A DNA stretch of 55,448 bases from Lophium mytilinum. Taxonomy: Eukaryota. The DNA lies in contig MU004187.1 in the NCBI GenBank assembly GCA_010093605.1, forward strand, positions 1,054,001 through 1,109,448. The letters are read 5' to 3'. Both the position numbers and the translations under genes were made by a program. Positions 50,070 to 55,448 of this stretch are shown one piece after another (the first letter of the stretch is position 1; the number at the start of each line of letters is the position of its first letter). Below the pieces are notes generated by a model. The model had not been told where the DNA came from, ran no database searches, and saw only the letters and a program-made list of their open reading frames with translations.

Positions 50070-53000
50070 TAAAAATTCTATATTTTATACTGCTGCCTAA
50101 TATATTTATATATTTAAGTGTTAGAGATAATTATAAATAATACTCTATTATTAACTATTACTATATAACGGCCCGGTTTATTTATCTAAATATATACTTA
50201 GGCGGTGCTCCCTTTTTTATAATTATTAACATTATTATAGGGCGCTATTATAATACTTTAGGGCTTTAGCTAATTATATATAGTATAGGGATACTAATAT
50301 TATAAGAGTATAGGCCTATACGCCTATTTTAGGATACTTTTATTTAATTTATATAATAGCTAGGACTAGGGATATATACTTTCTCTAGCGACTTAGATAT
50401 ATTAAGAAGCGTAATAAATATAATAGTATTTTAGAGTATTTTCTAAATTAAGTAGAAAGATTATAAATAGATAGCGTCTAAATTAGCTATAGAGTAGTAT
50501 ATAAATATATTATACTATCTTAAAACTAACCTAACTTATCTCTATATCTAATTAGCTATAGTATTAGTAGTATATTAAAATATAGGTAGCTAGAAAGGGC
50601 TTAGCATTAGTAAGTATATACTTTTCTATCTATTTTCTTTTAGCTAGTATATATATATAGCACTAAATTATACTACTATAGGCCTATAGTATACTCTAAT
50701 TTATAGGCTACTCTATTTAAATCTCTTTATTAGAAATATAAGTAAGATTAGACGTATACTAGCTACTAATATCCTGCAGTCTAGATTAGAAGGGTAGAAT
50801 AGAGGGTTCTTATAACCTTTCTATACCTTATAATATATAAGAATATTACTAATAATATATACGGGCCTATAGAGTATTAGCGCCGCTATATAAATATTTA
50901 CCTATATAATACTATAGTTTATATTACTAATACTTAGGCCTTAAATTACATTTAAGGCTTGCACTACTAATACTTAAGCCTTGCGGCGAGTATATAGTTA
51001 AGTAGATTATATTAATATTAAAAACGGGCAGTCTATAGTAGATCTACTATAGATATAGTATACTTATTAACGCGGCAATTATAGGTATATTATAGAAGTA
51101 GAAGTTAAAATAGTTTATTTTATAATATCTACTATAGAACTATATGCACTATATAATTAGTGCATTTAGTAGTTACCTTAGTACTAATAGTCTTTTAGTT
51201 TTTCTTCTTTTTTAGTATACTTTATATAACCTTATATATAAACTTATTATTATTAACCACACAGAACTAAGCTAGCGTATCCACCAGGTTATTACCCCCT
51301 ATATAGGCAAGAATAATACTACATATTCTATTAGACCTCTAGTTCTTCTACTATACTTTAGATATAATCTATATCTTAAGGCTAGATGCAGTCTATAGCT
51401 CTATAACTATTACGCACGTATATTAAAAAGTAAAGTTAGAGCCTTCTACTCCTCTAGTCTTCTAGTTCGCGACTAGAATATTAACGGCTGCTAGATTATC
51501 TTAATTACGCTTAAAGCTAGTATTAAATTACTTCTATTACTTAACTATTAGTAATAAATATAACTATGCAAGCTTTTTAGTCGGCATAGTCTTTATAATT
51601 ATCTAGTATTAATTATATTAGTTTATTAGATAATAATTACTAATTATAGATAGAGATAGGTAGTAACTTATAATATAGATAACTAAATTAACTATAGGCT
51701 CCTTACTAATAATTAGTATCTTCTTCTTCTTAGCTTAAATATATTAAACTATGCTTCTAATCTTCTTTAGCTTCTCTAAATTAGCTAGTAGGTTAGTATA
51801 CTATTTAGTAAGGGTACTTTCTAAGTCTATATAATCTATCTAGCCTACATTTTTAATATCTTCTAGAGTAAAGGTTAAGTTACTTATTAAGCTAAGCTCT
51901 TCCTATTATATCTTTAACTTAGCTAGCCTAGAAATTAATATAAAAATCTAGGGCAGCCTTCTCTTACCTAAGCCCGTTAGAAAGGCGCCTAGGCTAAAGA
52001 AAGGCGGCGGCTTATTAATTACTACTCTATACCTTAGCTATTCTTTATGCTTTTCTTTAAGGTCTACATATCTCTCTCTAATAACTATGCAGTACTCCTT
52101 AATAAAGGGTTTAAAGTAGTTAGATATACTAACTATTACCTGCTATATAATATAGAGTAGTATATTCCCTAAGGGAAGGCTATCTAGGCTAAGGCTTATT
52201 AGCGTTCTATAGATGCTTATAGCTATAATTATATCTAATACTCTCTAGAGACGCCTAGACAATTTAGAATTATTCTATAGTTACTACTCTTTCTCTATTT
52301 TTAAAGCGAGGTAGTAACCTCTAGCCCCTATAAGGTCTTCTTAATTAATATACTAGAGGGTAGGGCCTTAATAAAGAATATTAAACTTATTTCCTTTATC
52401 TATATTCTCTTTCTCTAACTCTTTATCTAGAAGAGTATTATCTAGGTTATCTTTAATATTAGCGTCTAAGTTAGTTAAATCTACTATTTAAGTTAGCGTC
52501 TATAAACCTCTATATAGCATAACTATTAGATATAATAGAGTTTTAGGGCTGTAGAGAAAAGAAGTCCTACTATAGAATAAGCCTCCGGGGCAACTATATA
52601 GATTAGCAGCCTTATTAAACCCTTCTAAGTTCTAGCCCTAATAAACCTAATTAAGTGCACGGTTAATATTCGCCTATTTATATATAGTTAGGTAGAATAT
52701 ATACTAATACTATATAGACTTAATATAGCTAAAAGCTATAATATATAGAGATATATTATTAAANNNNNNNNNNATCTTCTAGAGTAAAGGTTAGATTACT
52801 TATTAAGCTAAGCTCTTCCTATTATATCTTTAACTTAGCCAGCCTAGGAATTAATGTAAAAATCTAGGGCAGCCTTTCCTTGCCTAAGCCTATTAGGAAG
52901 GCGCCTAGGCTAAAGAAAGGCGGCGGCTTATTAATTACTACTCTATACCTTAGCTATTCTTTATACTCTTCTTTAAGGTCTATATATCTCTCTCTAATAA

Positions 53001-55448
53001 CTATATAGTACTTCTTAATAAAGGGTTTAAAACAGTCTAGTATACTAACTATTACCTGCTATATAATATAGAGCGGCATATTCCCTAAGAGAAGGCTATC
53101 TAGGCTAAGGCTTATTAGCGTTCTACGGATACTTATAGCTGTAATTATATCTAATACTCTCTAGAGACGCCTAGACAATTTAGAATTATTCTATAGTTGC
53201 CGCTCTTTCTCTATTTTTAAGGTAAGGTAGTAACCTCTAGCCCCTATAAGATCTCCTTAATTAATACGCCGGAGAGTAGGGCCTTAATAAAGAATATTAA
53301 ACTTATCCCCTTTATCTATATCTTCTTTCTCTAACTTCTTATCTAGAAGAGTATTATCTAGGTTATCTTTAATATTAGCGTCTAAGTTAGTTAGATCTAC
53401 TATCTAAGTTAGCGTCTATAAACCTCTATATAGCATAACTATTAAATATAATAGAGTTTTAGGGCCGTAGAGAAAAGAAGTCCTACTATAGAATAAGCCT
53501 CCAGGGCAGCTATATAGATTAGTAGCCTTATTAAACCCTTCTAAGTCCTAGCCCTAATAAACCTAATTAAGCGCATAGTTAATATTCGCCTATTTACGCA
53601 TAGTTAGATAGAATATATACTAATACTATATAGACTTAATATAGCTAAAAGCTGTAATATATAGAGATATATTATTAAATCCTAGGTAGAACTTATTAAA
53701 AAAAACGGCCCTATATATATATATAGGGGTTACTTTATTACTATATAATAGGTTATAAAATATTATAAAGGTCTCTAGTAAGTTTAAATTCTTATTATAT
53801 TTTTTATTAAAGGTCTCCGCGCTTATAATAATAAGGTAGATTTTTACTCTTAGATTTAGCTTATACTATACCTAACTATTTATTTCTTAGTAGATAGGCC
53901 TAAAGTTCTTCTAGTCTTTAGAAGTAAGGTTACCCTCTATAATACTTCTATATATACGCCGGATATAAAGTCTTCTACTAGAAACCTTAAAATCCTTATT
54001 CTTATATTTAATATTTAGCTAGTATTTTACCTTCTTATAGGTCTAATTTAGTAGACTCTTCTTAGTAAGCTAAATAATACAGCCTTTAATACTACTAGAA
54101 CGCGGAGTATTAATACTAGCCTCTCTAGTATAAGTAGTAAATACTATTAATATTTATAGAGTTTTTCCTATTTTAGGGGGGTCTATAAGAATTAGCCTAC
54201 GCGCCCTACTAGTAAGACCTTAGATAATACTATATATTCTAGCTATCTAGTATAGGGCTATATATATCTTTAGGTTAGTAGTTATTTCTAGTAGCTTAAA
54301 GGTTATATTACTAGAAAAATTTCTATATATTAGAGGTAAACTAAAAAACTATAGCACCTTCTTAAATACTACTACTAAGATATTCTTTATAGAGCTTAAT
54401 ATTAGAGCTATTATAGTAGTAATATTAATAGTATCTACCTTCTCTATATTAGCTATAATTATCTTATTTATATCTATAGAGGGTCTAGTCTTACTAAGAC
54501 TATATATATTAAATTTAAACGTAGCTATAATATTAATACTACTAATTACTATATCCCCCGCAACTTAGATATTACTAGAAATAGTCTAGCTACTCTCTAT
54601 AGCAACTATAAGTATATAGAGTTATTTTTAGATAGTTAAATACTAAGTAGTTCTAGACCTAAGCGCTCTAAGCTACTATATAACCTTATTATAGATAATA
54701 CTAGGCTAAATAGAATTACGCATTAACTTAGTATATAGCTAGATAATATTAAGTATCTATTAAAGTAGTTATACTTTCTTTTCTATTTATAGCTTCTATA
54801 CCTTCTTCTCTACTAGTAGTTTCTACTTTCTTTATTCCTCTTACTCTGCTACCTTTTCTAGCTATTCCTGCCTCTTTACTTTCTCTTTAGTTATAGTCTT
54901 AGCTAGCTCTCTCTTCTTCTATTCTATCTACTTCTTAGCCTTCTCCACTATTACTATATCTACTAGCTCTCTCTTCTTTATCTCTTTCTCCTTTATCTCT
55001 TTCTTCTTTCTTTCTTTCTCTACTTTTACTATTTCTACTAGCGCTTTCTCTACTAGCGCTTTCTCCGCCAGCTCTTTCTCCGCTAACTCTTTCTCCTTCT
55101 TTTCTTTCTCTTTCTTTTCTCTCTCTACTTTTACTATATCTACTAGCTATTTCCGCTTCTTCTCTTTATTCTACTCTATAGTAGAATTAACTCTATCTAT
55201 ATTAGCTATATATATATATAGACTTATAGTTAAGTTAATAATTATTTTATCTAGAGTATTAGCGGCGGTAGATTTAGATAGACTTTTAGCCGCGGCAGCC
55301 TTAGGCTTACTACGGCGGGGGCGTTTCTTAGCCGGGCGGATACTAGGGGGCGAGGACTTAAGAAAGTATAGACCTAGCTATATATTAGTTAGTAGTAATA
55401 TTTAATAATTAATAATAATTAATATATATCTAGTCTTAAGTTTAGATA
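50070..55448. mobile_element. Unclassified RIP-mutated repeats (continuation of the host element, plus a probable further element from ~51300)
   Basis: AT-rich, TpA-saturated and ORF-less. Minus-strand relic coiled-coil repeats (KELAEKELAEKALVEKALVE) at ~55030-55100. Confidence 0.5.
51858..53679. repeat. 906-bp direct duplication (51858-52763 / 52774-53679) separated by a 10-N assembly gap
   Basis: Both copies start ATCTTCTAGAGTAAAGG and end ATATATTATTAAA; they differ by transitions. N run at 52764-52773. Confidence 0.9.

Noticed and set aside
27760..55448. Starship giant transposon
   Set aside because: No DUF3435 captain motifs or element boundaries could be recognised in this window.

Overview
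Filamentous ascomycete (Pezizomycotina, probably Dothideomycete-like) genomic DNA. The assignment rests on short GT/GC-AG introns with CTRAC/CTAAC branch sites and on RIP-mutated repeats. Bases ~1-35530 are gene-dense. They hold a MITE with long TIRs and an 8-bp TSD, a ~2030-aa secreted Ser/Thr-rich protein with PAN/apple-like Cys modules, CFD1, a Ysc84/SYLF-domain gene, NUP85, a SPRY gene, three adjacent ER-Golgi SNARE genes (BOS1, BET1/SFT1-type, USE1), a metallo-beta-lactamase-fold gene and KIN17/RTS2. They end with a convergent accessory-looking pair: a disrupted gene carrying two internal ubiquitin units, and a dynamin-like GTPase whose three N-terminal repeats each lie on their own exon. 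From ~35531 to the end is an AT-rich, TpA-saturated block of RIP-mutated repeats. It contains a pogo/Fot1 relic, a full-length chromoviral Gypsy element (LTRs, TSD, PPT, apparent self-priming PBS) nested in an unclassified element, and a 906-bp duplication across an assembly gap. All calls come from reading the sequence by eye; no searches were run.
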